From Spizellomyces punctatus DAOM BR117 (lineage: Eukaryota): DNA of 64,000 nucleotides. Shown piece by piece: positions 1-12,184 of this stretch. The position numbers and the translations under genes were made by a program. The stretch is from assembly GCA_000182565.2 (NCBI GenBank), contig KQ257459.1. One strand, given 5' to 3'. Within the stretch, counting starts at the first letter, position 1, and each line of letters starts with the position of its first letter. The notes below the pieces were generated by a model. The model saw only the letters and a list, made by a program, of their open reading frames with translations. It searched no databases and had not been told where the DNA came from.

Positions 1-25
1 CTTATGATAGGACACCTTTAACAAC

Positions 26-2260
26 TCAATCATCAACCTTTGCCCACACACACAACCTTCCAACACACATATCCTTGCAGATGATCCAATCTTCTTCATC
101 TGTAACAGTAATCATGTGGTCCTCGGCATCCTTGTAAGTCACTCCGACAACCTTGACTTCCTTTCCTACAACCATGGAAAACTTTCGACTCAATCTGTCG
201 AGCACGTCGGGCAACGGCACAGTTCGCGAGATTTTCAACAAAATAATGTGAGGATCATACAGTGCCTTCAGTTGAATGAAATGGGACGGAAGTTCTGCTT
301 GGGTGGACAAGGAGTGAGACCGGAAGAGGAGGGAGGACCGTTTTGCCTTGTTGGGCGGAATGCCTGGGATTGGAGACAAGATGTCTTGATTTGGTTTTTG
401 GATTCTGGTGATTATTTCGGGTTTACGTGTAGGGGCTATAGTAGTATTACTTCTGTACAGTGGAGCCACCGATGGAGGATCGTCGTGCGTGACGACACCC
501 AATCTGACGGATCCTTGGCGTTGGAGAACTTTCAGATCGCGGTTCCAAGGGGGAACAGTGGACATGTCTTCAAGTTCTTTGGGAATTACTGGTTTCGGAG
601 CGGGTTTCAGCCGCGTGCCTATGGTTTTGGCCCGTTTGAGGAGAGAGCGTTCGCGTTTGACTTCGACCCCAACCGTTGCTGTTCGCTGTAGAGTTTGAAG
701 AGAGGGTTCAGACAGGTTGCGGTGGAGCTCTGGTGGTGGAGGGGCCGAGGAGACAGAGGGGTCTTGAAAGGAGGGCATGAGGTTTGGACCGGCACTGGAT
801 GGAGGGGGACTGACGGGAGAGACAGGAATCGTTGGATTTTTCTCGTTGGATGGACTTGCGATCCTGTCCAAACTGGGTGTACTGTAATGTCGAGTTAACG
901 TCAAGCTACGTTGAAGCGATGAGTTGACAAGAAGGTTCTTCCTTCCCTGGGGTGGTGAAGGGTCTCGTCGTCCTTCCGTGACAGTTCCGGTGCGCTTGGC
1001 CATGGGATGACGAAGGGGACCAGATTGGACAGTGGCGGCGCGAGCGAGGGTTCTCTGTCTCTCGCTCGATTTCATACCAATGGGACGCGGGCTAGTAAGA
1101 CCGGGAGACTGTAACGATGTGGGTGACGGAGTGCGTAACATGCGGAATTGGGCGGTGGAGGGTGAAGGGAGTGCTGATGACTCGTCGCCTCCTGACGCCG
1201 CACCTGCTTCCGCTTCAGTCGAAGTAGCTGATGAATTGGAAAGCGTAGGCGAAGGAGGAACGGGACTTGATGACGAGCTCGCCCATCCGTGAGACTGTGC
1301 CCTTTTAGGGATCTCAGGAGGTGGACCAGAGTAGTCCAGAGGTTGGTTCCTCTCATTTTGTCCGCGCTCTAATGTCGTAAGCACTGGCCCAGCACTTTTG
1401 ACCTCCTGTTGAAGCTGACGAGTTTTGGCCATGGTGTTCGTCCTCAATTCATCCTCCTGGGCCGATTTTACTTCGCCAGCCAGCACAGCAGCGACAAAGG
1501 CTTGTGCATAGTCTTCCATTTCGGCGGTGTTGTTACTACCTGCACTGTCTCGAGATTTGCGGGCCGGCTTGGCCGATCCTGCTGAGGGCGACCGACTGTG
1601 CTCTGGAGACTTTGGAGGAGTCGGGGGCCCCAGAACCGCAGCGAATTCTGCACTTGTTGATCTAAGGAGAGTGTTGAGTCCGCGACCGAGAGATCGCATT
1701 TCAAGCTTTCTGGACATTCGTTTTTCTTCTACGGACTTCAACCAAGGCTCGTCCAAAGGAATGTCTTCATCATCCTCTGGCTTTGCACCTGTCTTCAAAT
1801 CGTTCAAGTCTCGCCCCGGTTCAATGTCTTTGATCCACAGCCCAAAGAATTCGCCAAAGAGGAGATTTCTCGTCACACGCTCTGGCATGGTCAACAGCTC
1901 TCTAGTGTAAGCATCTAACCTTGTTACGCGCTCCTCGCAGACTGCACGAGTGACAAAAAATCTGCTTTTCGGGAGCTGGGGCAATCTCCGGCCGGCGGCC
2001 GCAGAGGGATCCTTTTTCAGCTGTGCGGCAAGAGCCGTGTGAAAGTCTACAAAGTGGTCATAGCGTCTCCAGACAGCATAGGGACGTGGGGCAGCTACAA
2101 ACGAGAGGCGCTTCTTTTTCGCGTTTCCAGTAACTGTTGACGGAATGACATTGACCTTGTACCAAATCTTTCCGTCGTCAAACTTTTGGTATGCCGAAAC
2201 ACGAGCAGTTTCCAAGACGGGTGCCAGCTTTACAGCGGCTGGAAGCGGTCGAGGAGGCAT
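26..2260 (-). CDS. PX-domain + PB1-domain scaffold protein (Bem1/p40phox-like, no SH3), intronless
   Basis: 744-aa ORF. N-terminal PX signature (VWRRYDHFVDFH...LPQLPK...ERVTRLDAY), long Ser/Pro-rich linker, C-terminal PB1 with conserved Lys (IQLKALY) and OPCA motif (YKDAEDHMITVTDEEDW). Confidence 0.8.
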   Translation of the reverse strand: MPPRPLPAAVKLAPVLETARVSAYQKFDDGKIWYKVNVIPSTVTGNAKKKRLSFVAAPRPYAVWRRYDHFVDFHTALAAQLKKDPSAAAGRRLPQLPKSRFFVTRAVCEERVTRLDAYTRELLTMPERVTRNLLFGEFFGLWIKDIEPGRDLNDLKTGAKPEDDEDIPLDEPWLKSVEEKRMSRKLEMRSLGRGLNTLLRSTSAEFAAVLGPPTPPKSPEHSRSPSAGSAKPARKSRDSAGSNNTAEMEDYAQAFVAAVLAGEVKSAQEDELRTNTMAKTRQLQQEVKSAGPVLTTLERGQNERNQPLDYSGPPPEIPKRAQSHGWASSSSSPVPPSPTLSNSSATSTEAEAGAASGGDESSALPSPSTAQFRMLRTPSPTSLQSPGLTSPRPIGMKSSERQRTLARAATVQSGPLRHPMAKRTGTVTEGRRDPSPPQGRKNLLVNSSLQRSLTLTRHYSTPSLDRIASPSNEKNPTIPVSPVSPPPSSAGPNLMPSFQDPSVSSAPPPPELHRNLSEPSLQTLQRTATVGVEVKRERSLLKRAKTIGTRLKPAPKPVIPKELEDMSTVPPWNRDLKVLQRQGSVRLGVVTHDDPPSVAPLYRSNTTIAPTRKPEIITRIQKPNQDILSPIPGIPPNKAKRSSLLFRSHSLSTQAELPSHFIQLKALYDPHIILLKISRTVPLPDVLDRLSRKFSMVVGKEVKVVGVTYKDAEDHMITVTDEEDWIICKDMCVGRLCVWAKVDD

Positions 2261-3143
2261 TCTTGAATGCTTGATTATTGCTTTGGAGTGTGCCCAACTC
2301 GTTCACTCTATATTTATATGTGCTTCAGCCCATGCAAGAAAGAACGAAATGGCAAGAGGCCTTTATAAAAAAAAAAAGGGTCAAGGAGCAAGGGATGGGA
2401 TAATGAAATGCGTATCTAAAAATGCGCAGTAAAATGCCCTGCAGGCAAAAAGAAGGAAGGGATCCGCTGTGACTTTTGCGCAGCTCTCCATTCCAAGCAG
2501 GATTACTTAAGACAAAAGGGATGAAAAGAAACGAGAGCGACTGCGCCTCACTTGACGGCGCATTTCTTTTTTTTTCATTCAAATTTCCCCTTTCTTTTCT
2601 CTCTTCTCTCCACGAAAGAGTTGGCAAGTTGGCTTCCTTTGTCCAATGCTGAGGGGATTCATTTCCCAACGCGCGTTTCTTTTTTTCCCACAGGGAACCC
2701 ATAGTCCCGTACCCCACGAGGGACGCAACTCTCATGCTGATTCATGAAAGGGATGTTGCCCTAAAAAGCGATGAGGGATAAGGTTAAGATCACGTGTCAG
2801 GAGAGAAAGTCATTCCAACCACATTCCAATCACACAGACAAAAAAGGGTCACAGCAGGCAGCACAGCGTGGAAAGACGCAACGGTGACTAAGCGTCCGAC
2901 ACGCTCCCCTCATTGCGCAAAATTCACACCAGAAAAAGGCATGTGGGGGTTCATTGGGATGGGCAGGCGGGCAGGTGAAAAACGCAACACAGCCCACATT
3001 TAAACCTTTTGATCAACCCCATCGCCCTTCTTCAGCTTTTATTGCTGGCTATCCCATTTGTCTTTTATTGTGCATGTCAAGACATGGTATCGGCATAAAA
3101 AGTCTGTTTTGCAGTGACTATTGATCGCGTACGATTGCGTACG

Positions 3144-4978
3144 ATGCTGGATCTGACGACGACAACAAAGGGGAATCCGCGTCTCTCTGTCGCTTTCATT
3201 GTCTTGATCCTCTTGTTTGTTTCGACTACGACGACACATTACGGCGCGTTCGCTCACCCCGTCACATCTGAATTCTGTCAAAGCTACAACGACGCCTGCT
3301 GGGAAAAGAGTCTGGCCTGTGAAGAGTGTCAACGGCACAGCGTCTTGTTTGTCTGCAAGAATAGTGCCAACGGCAACTGCATTTCCTGCTCGTGTGGCAA
3401 TGTGCAAGTCTTTTCACCATTGGCCTGTTCGACTGTCAGGTCCCTCATGAATAATAGGACAGGTGAGTGGCAAAGCGGGCAAGGCGGGCGGGGCGAGCAG
3501 GGCGATACGCGTCGCAAAACGTGCAATGAACAAATCAGAGGGACAAAGGGTTTGTTCATTTGGGACAAGTGCCTTGCCGACTTTCTCCTACAAAATTCTG
3601 TTCACATTGGCTGTCGCCAATACGACACTTTGAACGGATTGCGGCTTTCGCGGTACGACATGTGACGCAATATGTACGACAGTCTATTGACCAAGCGTCC
3701 CAATTTGGTACGACGGGCCAGACCAGGGCACTGGCTTGGACACGCGCGGCATAAATTACTTTTTGGATTTTTCATTGAACGCGTCCATTGACATTTTTTA
3801 CAGTTGCAGACTCTCGACCGCGTACTACACCCACCCCACATCCATCTCACCCAACTCCGTCCATCCCCCATCGCGGCCATGGAAATAATGGATCTCCAGG
3901 TCCATCAGATCAACATCCTTCGGGAACACGCCCGGCTGAAGAAGCCAAACAGGAACCCGCTGAAGGGAAAGAAGCGGAACGATCTCGTGCCATTGGCGGC
4001 GGCGTGGGAGGAACCGTGGGCGGGATCATCGTCTTGGCTACAGTAACAACCTTCTTTGTGACGAGAAAAAGGAGGAGGTTTGATTTCCCGCGACAGGAGA
4101 GTCAAGAGGAATTGACCCTGAAAAGGGACGAAAGCGCTGATGAAGAAGAGGATCATCCAAAACGCAGCGCGCCGTCTATGACGACTGTGGCAAATGCTAC
4201 ACCATCACCTATGCCTCCGCTAGTGCTCCTCGCTCGATCCGACACACTTTCACGCGCGAAACCGAGCAATGTTCCCCAGTGGACCGCACCTTCTTTAACC
4301 GGTGCGGTTGGTTCAATAGGAACAGCATCACCCGAGGCGGATACATCCATGGATCACCCTGGATACCTCCAACAGCAACGCGAGCGGCAAGAAATGAAAA
4401 GACACTGGAGAAAGACACTAGAACGACGTTCAAAGGAGCTGGATCGCGAACGTATTGAATGGGAGGGATTGTTGGGCCCAAAGTCCCCCGCGCCGGCTGC
4501 GACACGCGATTCTCCTCTTGCGCGGAACATTGGATCAAACCGCACTTCAAACACTGCCCCGCTACGCCCTTCGCCTCTCCGATCGGCCTCGATAGTGTCA
4601 ATGTCAACAACGTCAACAAACAGTGACTTGTCATCATCACCGCCTACTCCCATCTTTTACCCAGCAGATCGCTTATCCGTATCAACTACATCGTCGACAT
4701 CCTCTTATAATTACCTCATTTTGTCTTCACACAAACCTGAACGGAATGACGAGCTCGAAGTCTCTGTCGGAGACCGGGTCAGTATATGGCGAGTATGGGA
4801 GGACGGCTGGTGCCATGGAGGCATTCTAGAAAAGGGAGGCACATGTGCTGGGCGGGAAGGTGTCTTTCCCATCAAGTGCGTTCGCGTACGTGAAGGCGAG
4901 GACGGGGAACGCGGAACGATATGTGGCGATACGTACGTATCGAGATGGGATAGCCTCCTCGCGGATAGTGCAACTTAA
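3144..4978 (+). CDS. Single-pass membrane protein: signal peptide, Cys-rich ectodomain, TM helix, cytoplasmic C-terminal SH3 (multi-exon)
   Basis: Hydrophobic leader (VAFIVLILLFV); Cys-rich segment (C..Y..AC...LAC..C...C...NCISCSC); donor GTGAGT at 3463; TM GGTVGGIIVLATVTTFFV followed by RKRRR; SH3 motif HKPERNDELEVSVGDRV...DGWCHG...EGVFP. Joining of the exons is inferred. Confidence 0.65.
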
Positions 4979-5277
4979 TGTGGAAATGCAGGTCATTTTC
5001 TTTGTTTTTATCTTTACGATCTTTTTGTGTGGTATAGTCTGATTATTGTCTAATGTGTACAAACGCGCAAGGTATTATGTGGCATTGGGTGGTGCAGATA
5101 TGCGAGCAACAGTGCCCTGAAAAAATATATAGTTTGACCAAGTTCCCTTGAGGGTGTGGATGAATGTCTGGTTACGAGACAGTCATGCAGCATTGTTGTT
5201 CATCTCAACACGGGCGGTAGCCACTTTTTCTATTTTCTAGACGATATACGTCGTGAAACTAAAGCTAGAGTCCTTTA

Positions 5278-7417
5278 TTACATATCACCGCCGAGACCCA
5301 CCATGGCCCTATTACTTTTCTCAGCTTGCACTGCCATTGAGAGAGCTTGTGTATACGCTCGCAGTGTGCTTGTGTTCGACTTGTTCGCAGAAGAAGCAAG
5401 ATCGTGAGACGTCATGGTCTAAAATTGCACACAAGAGAACCTACCGAGACAAAAAAAGCGTGTGCCAGGAACGGAAGTTTGCGGAGCGTTCTACCACTGA
5501 ACCCCTTGAAGAAATGTTAATTACCTTTCTTTTGCAATCGTGGTTCTGGAAATATCAGTAACCAACCTCACAGTCCCCAGCAACTTTCCAAAGCTGCAGG
5601 CTCTCTTCCCGTCCTTGCATTCCCCCCGTCGGGCAGGTATATAAATCGATTTCGCGGTAGTCGACCAAGGGAGTTTCCTATATCAAATCAAAGATTGTTA
5701 AGTCTCTAGGAGTCGGATGAGGTGAACCGACCGCAATACTGACGGGTTGTTCTATAATTCGTTTTTGAATTAACTCTGTCAAGCAGCTTGAAAGAATGGC
5801 GTAACGTGCTCGGTGAGATGGTGGAGGGATGAATTGCTGGGTCGTGTGAGTTGGGACAGACAGCTTATTGATCCACAGATTTAAACACATACTTTAATAT
5901 CTACTCGATCTATGAACGCCACATCTGCAAAGAGGCACCATTAGCTTCATCACTTGGATCAAAATCGGTAGGAAATCAGTACCTATTGCTTCGGTAATAT
6001 TGGAAGTAGTCAAAATGAGAACCTTTCGGTTTCCAGGTCAGTAAAGGCGATCGTGGAATCATTTCGAGGTGTACATTCACCAACATTTTTGCGTTTCCGT
6101 AACTGGTCGAGTTGGGTGAGCAGAGCATTAACCTTTCAAGAGATTTGCAACAGAGTCAACTAGAGCACTATCCACCCACAGGTGCATTCATCCCGCCTCT
6201 CAAATGTAACTTACCACACGTATTGCATCCGATGGTTCCATCCCTGATAAAGCAGCCTTGCGTGCAGCCGACAGGCTCTCAACCTCGTCTATCGATGCAA
6301 GTGAGACCACGAGAATCTGTAATCCTTGTCAACCGGTCTGACTTACCTATAAGAACACAAACAAACGCATCGTCGTCCTCCAGCATCTCATGTATCTGCT
6401 GAAACATTTTCATGACAAGTTTACCACTCTCGGAAAAGAATTTCGAAAATAAACTAATCACGAATGGTACAGTTACGACTACAAGATGGTTACATCAATT
6501 AGACTGAGTTTTAGAAAAAGATACCTGTGCGAATTGATCTCAATAAGTTTCCCATGAGAATATCTATCCGCCAGCCTGATCGCCAATTTCTGCACCGTAG
6601 AAGTCAGTAGATTTTTAGGCCAATCCGCCTAACCTGCCTTCCATTCCTGCTGGTACTCTAGCATACCTGTGCAAGAGCCCGACATAAAGAAGTTTTACCC
6701 GTTCCCGGCGGCCCATGTAGCAGTGCAACGCGATTCACGCTGATAATATGAGGATCTACCCCATTATCACCGAATAGCATGGAGGTATAGACATAGTCGA
6801 GGAGGTTGAGTTGAATATTGTTATCATAGATCAGACTATGGTGTAGCAGATGACGATCACTACTTGGCAGCAATATTGCGGCCTCACCCGCGGTTGTTTG
6901 CATTTACCTCTCCCATAGCCCATGCAATCCCTTGGCGGGTAGGATCCAATGGTTGGAGGTTACCACATTTTCTTCCTCACTGATCTCATCTACGCCTTCC
7001 TCTTCATTCAATTGAAACACATGAATGGAAAGGATGATGCTGCTTAAAGCTTGTACTTCTGTTTGATCTTGTGCCCCTAATGATTTGCGCACAAATTTAT
7101 AAGAGCTACATATCCAGCTAGGTATAAGTACGCAGACCCACCGTGAACCTCGCACACCCTAATCCATTCAACATTTATTCTCAGAAAATCCACATCTTGA
7201 AAGTCGTCTTTGCTTAAAGTTGTATGGACTACCACAGACGGATATGTCGTGAGAAGAAAGTCCTGCACATGGCGGCGAGTGAAGTCGTAGCGCGCTGTGC
7301 TATGTGGAGCAAGACATACTTCAACTATCTTTACGAGTTAGTTTGGCCATCTCCTTATGTAGCATGCCAAAATTCAAACGTACTGTGAAGAAGCGGTTTT
7401 AGTGAGTCCGCTGTCAT
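5278..7417 (-). CDS. PCH2: Pachytene checkpoint protein 2 / TRIP13 AAA+ ATPase (many introns)
   Basis: Exons spell HWILPAKGLHGLWE, Walker A LLHGPPGTGKTSLCRALAQ, SLFSKFFSESGKLV, Walker B VLIDEVESL, DAIRVVNALLTQLD, TTSNITEAID, GFSGRTLRKLPFLAH. Predicted ATG 7417, stop 5278. Confidence 0.93.
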
Positions 7418-7617
7418 GTTGAGGAACCATAATGGCGAACGAGGATGGCCATCTGAGAGCACGATGGGTTGATGACTCATCATGTCTTTCATTTATCCAT
7501 AAGCAGATAAATGAAGCCATTAAACTGGTTCTAAAGGTCATTGGCCGATCATGATGCGAGCTGGCATTTCGCAAGCAAACAGCATTTACACACTCTGCTT
7601 TACCAATATCACAAAAT

Positions 7618-8249
7618 ATGCTGCCCCGTTACACTTTCAATCGGTTGCTTTCAAAGACTGTCCTTCGAAGATTGCCACTTGCACGCACGCACAGAGTTGC
7701 ATTGCCTACGAAAGGGATTAGTATGGCTCCGATAAGACGAGACTACAGTGTTGGCAATACCCGCTCCGATATCGTTGACATCTCTGAGGTGAAACAGTTG
7801 GTAAACGGAGAGCGCAAGGAGGTACCCATTCCATCTATGCTTGCGGTCATATGTGAGGATAGAGAGGCTTACACCTGCTTTCTCCCAAGGAGTATGTCTT
7901 GATCGATGTTCGCGAACCCTCCGAGGTTTCTCTTGGCCGCATCCCAACAGCCCAGCATATACCTCTCGGGAATGTCCAAACAGCGCTGCAGCTACCAGAC
8001 GAAGAATTTGAAGCAGCTTATGGGTTCCAAAAACCGTCCATCGATGATAATGTCATTTTCTACTGTCGGTCAGGAAAGAGAAGTGAAGCCGCATTGGGGG
8101 CGGCCCATGGACTGGGATTCAAAAAGTACGTTAGGCTTGTTGTAAAAGCGCTGTAACTACATGCATGACTAACTTTGTCCTTCACGTCACGAAGTGCCAG
8201 GAACTACAAGGGGAGTTGGTTGGAGTGGAGTGCCAGCAACCAGCAGTAA
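7618..8249 (+). CDS. Single-domain rhodanese / thiosulfate sulfurtransferase (RDL1/RDL2-like), likely mitochondrial
   Basis: Arg-rich presequence; IDVREPSE, GRIPTA, active-site loop YCRSGKRS, NYKGSWLEW; stop 8247-8249. Head-to-head with PCH2, about 200 bp apart. Confidence 0.88.
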
Positions 8250-9395
8250 CCTGTCCTCTGGTGATTACAATGATATCGTGAAATAGACGGACTTACCTCT
8301 ACGACGAATGCGAATATGAAGTGAACACCGCTGATTCTGGTCTCACTCCAATATATTTCAGACCATGATCAAAAGAACAGAACGATGAATCATTCTGAGA
8401 GACTAACCGCATGTCGCGGATCCTCAAACTCCCTGTCCTCTATATGGGTTACAAGCACGAGATAAGGGGCACATTTGGTGGATCCAAGGGAGATGCTCTC
8501 CCATCTCACCCTTCCACCGGATTTTAGGTCATATGACGGGGAGTATATATGTAACCAAACTCTCATGAACCGGCGATTGCAATTTCGTCGCTGCCAGATG
8601 GATACGCCAACCTTCAGCGGCAGCCCCCAGATATGACCTTACTGGTGGTGGGACCCGCTCTCATGGAAGGATTCAATCAATGGAGAAGAGTAATCGCCCC
8701 CTCCCTTCTGCGGATGGCGCCTCCGCTGCGGTGTGGGGTATTCAAATAGTTGTTGAAAAGCGTAGCACCACCGATTGGCGAGAATCATTTATTCCTCCAA
8801 ATAGTCTCCCCGTCCTCAGCCGGCCTTTTACCCCAATGTTTACTGCCTCTTTTAGTTCCTTCTCTTGTCCCTCTTTGTAACATACCCATGCAAGCAAGTC
8901 ATCTATTCTTGCAGTAACTGGGCCGACACTGGCCTCCTTAGAGTTGCATCTCTTGAAGGGAGTGAACCAGCAAATAACCTTCAGAAGGTATTCATTTGAC
9001 AAGCAACTTTCGTAGTATCGATACGAGATTATGCGATACCAAGGGTGCCTCTCCCTTGTCTCCCACGAAGAATTCGAAATCTTCTTCTACTTAGATCCGC
9101 GCGGCTCGAAATTGGCCTGGTATAATTTTCGGCAGGAGCAGCTGCACCGTTCATCGACAAACTCTCTTCTGTTCACATCGACACTTCATGATGAAGCATG
9201 CTGGACTTACTCCTACAGGTGAGAGTCACACCATTGCCAGGTTAACGGATGTAAGGCCGCTCATGGTTTCGCAACAAGTGAACAAGTGGCGTACTCTGAA
9301 GGATGTCGCCTTAAATTATGAGAATATGTACAATATATACAACGGACTTCATCATCATAAAACGTAGTCATACATCTAAAAAAGGCTTTACCGCA

Positions 9396-11158
9396 TCATG
9401 TCGATGCAGAGGTTGTTGGACCTGGCCACGACTTGAATCGTGCGGAGCGGAATGCATTTTCATATTCCGAGCGTGCCGAACGAAATGTGGCTTCAACATT
9501 TGGATCAAGTCCATAATCAACCAATCCTTCGACTTGACCGCCTTCTTTCAAAGCACGGACGGCATCAAACCAGAAGTTCAAAGATTTTGGTCCTGAATCG
9601 GATCTCCCCGAATTGCCGCCAGCCGTTGCTGAGGTAGAAGCAGTTTTTGGGACAGACCCAATGAGCGACGGTGCAGCCGACTTGTCCAAACCAAAACCCC
9701 CAGTCCCAGCTTGTTGCGTTCCGGTGATTGTATTGCCATTCTGAGCGGCGGTGTTTCCTCCCAATGGTCCGAAAGGAGACCCTTTGCTTTCAACGCCACC
9801 GAACCCACTACGTTGGGCGAACGCTGACCCTTGTACAGCAAATGCACTTGTAGCTAGGATCTCACTACCCTGTTCATTGCTACCCTGTGAATTCTTTCCA
9901 AAGCCCGTGTGTTCCAGACCAGCTGTCGCTCGGCTTCCAAACTGGCTGCCTGTTCCCGGTTGACTGGCCATCGATGCATGTGTGCCAAAGGCATGCCCGC
10001 CTTGAACGACACTTCCAAATCCAAGCCCGCCCGTGCCTGTTAAAGTATTCTGTCCAAGCACCGTATTATTATTATTATTATTATTCGTAGGCGTCCTGCC
10101 AAATGTACTCGTGACTCCGAACGCCGATCCTTGCGGTATTCCGTTACTATTGGAAAGGGTGCTAAATCCGGCGAGGGAGTTTCCTCCAGTTGATGTCGGC
10201 TGCCCCATCGTTTGCCCGTTCCCAAAAGCGCCAAAAGCCCCTGTGGTACTGCCAAATCCAGTGCTACTTGCGCTATTTGTGAATGCGCTGTGCGATGGCC
10301 CAGTATTACCACCGGTAGCTTGTCCTGAGCCCCCAAAAGCACTCGTGATTGTTTGGGATGCGCCAAAAGGTCCTCCGGCGTTAAAGGTACTAGGTGCCGT
10401 CCCGAATGAATTACCACCCAATGCCGTGCTTAGATTGGTTACCTGCTGGCCTCCGCGAGCTACGCGCAGAGCCGCCTCCGGATCTCGAAGAATTTCCTGC
10501 TTCCTTTTCTCAACCGCTGCCAATCTTCCCTGCCAATTGGCCATCTGGAAAACAAAACTTAATGAAACCCACAGACAGAGGACCTAATACAACATAGTTC
10601 ATATTTCAAGCTTACAGCATTGTTAACGGACCCTGTCCTCTTAAATTCGTCATAGAATTCCCATCGCATCTCCTCAAATGAGAAATCGGCTTCACGTATC
10701 AGGTGTATCTCACCGAGCCCGTAGGAGGTTAATGGCCAGATACCGCTAGCAGACTCCAAGAGATCGAACTTCACCGTTTCCCCTGATGGTGGTGCTGCCC
10801 TACCATTCCGGCAGGTTTGAGCAATTTGAATACTGAATAGTATTATTTACAAGTCACCTCTCCACCTTGTATTCGCTTCTGACTTGGATCGTTGCCCGTT
10901 GCTGAAATCTTGGCGCCCAAAGCCGCCTTGGTTCCCTCCCTCAAATCTGTTTCGAGGACCACCGCCAGAAGAAAAGCCTCCGCCGCCTCCGTATCCGCTC
11001 CCTCCTGCAAGATCGGAAGAACAGTGGGTACGACTGAGAACACATCGTTTCTAACAGGGAAGATCATATTGGTACCTACCCGACCCTGTTGGATGCTCAT
11101 TTCTGCAGCTTCGACCGAAGCGGCAATTTCCTTGCAGGAAAAATTTGCACACCGGCAT
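9396..11158 (-). CDS. NUP42: CCCH zinc-finger FG-nucleoporin (Nup42/Amo1/NUPL2-like)
   Basis: Starts [22 protein letters not shown] (CCCH finger); WPLTSYG and [11 protein letters not shown] motifs; long FG/SAFG-repeat exon 9396-10544. Confidence 0.8.
10065..10085. repeat. (TTA/AAT)n microsatellite encoding poly-Asn in the nucleoporin
   Basis: tattattattattattattatt; minus-strand frame reads NNNNNNN. Confidence 0.8.
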
Positions 11159-11717
11159 GTTGAATCGTCAAGAAGCCCTTCATGTTGTTGGAGACGTTCG
11201 TCAGAGACTGGATTCACAACATGCATATCACGTGCAATCTGATCGAGTTTATTTGAATGCCCGCCTTGGCCAAGGAAGCTCTTCAGAGGTACATAATCCA
11301 GTTGTTTTGCTGATAACTGTTCCCTGCCAAAAACGAGCACGCTTTTCGAACATCCTGAAAGCATAATAGATTGGAGTAGGAGGAGAGCTACGACGCGAAC
11401 CAGTTTAAGTCTCGCAGGGTGGGATGGCTCACGCCTTCTTCGCGGTGGGCTCGTCCCGTAGACCCCGTGGGTAAAAAGGCATGGCTCTTTCTTGAAGATG
11501 GTCTCAGGGAACCACCTCTTCGACAGAATGGAGGACACCTTGTGGGACTTTTCCCAATTAGTCTCATGGGCGAGTTCCTCTGCATATCTGGTTCAATTTG
11601 TGAAAGCTGACTGAAGAATCCCAAAAGTGATGAGTAATAATGATACCAATATAAAATGGCTACCCACAAGGTCTCCGACTGCATGCTACTACTTCTTGCA
11701 AAGGCAGTTAAAACATA

Positions 11718-12184
11718 GTATGGAGGCGATTGAAAATGGCACTATGACCCATTATTATCCGGATTAATCCGGTTAATCATATCGCATAATCAGCACCCCT
11801 TCTATCGCTCAAAACGGTGTGGCATGCATGTAATGTTTTTTTTAAAACTGCGGTGAGGCGCATGCCAAAGGTCTATAAAAAGGGGGCCTTTGCTGTCTCT
11901 TCCCTCTTTCCTCTTTACCCCGTATTTTCCCGAGTCTAATTCCCATTACCTTAGTATCTGAAACATCCTCCGACTAAGAATTTCGGAATCAAGGGCTTAG
12001 TAGGATTTCTCTCGTGTGGTGGGCTTAGTTACCCGGTTAGAACAACCGTAATGTATTGCATGTGTAATTGGGCCTAGTAGTAGTTGGTTACTAGTAAGGG
12101 GGAGTAACTTGGCTTTTCCGAACCAGTTATCGCTGGTTTATTCCCTGGTGTAGCAGCTAGTGCCAGTTTCTGTCACCTCTACAC
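11718..12184 (+). mobile_element. Non-autonomous repeat copy 1 (TA-flanked, short terminal inverted repeats; MITE-like or solo-LTR-like)
   Basis: Extensive identity to the reverse complement of 58578-59319. Termini TA|GTATGGAGGCG ... CACCTCTACAC|TA; internal TATAAAAAGGGGG. Confidence 0.75.

Noticed and set aside
116-1910. Antisense and shifted ORFs over long exons (also throughout 40-47 kb and 56-63 kb)
   Set aside because: Shadows of real CDS on the other strand or frame.
10843-11538. 231-aa ORF overlapping the NUP42 start
   Set aside because: It is out of frame with the CCCH exon and has no recognisable domain.
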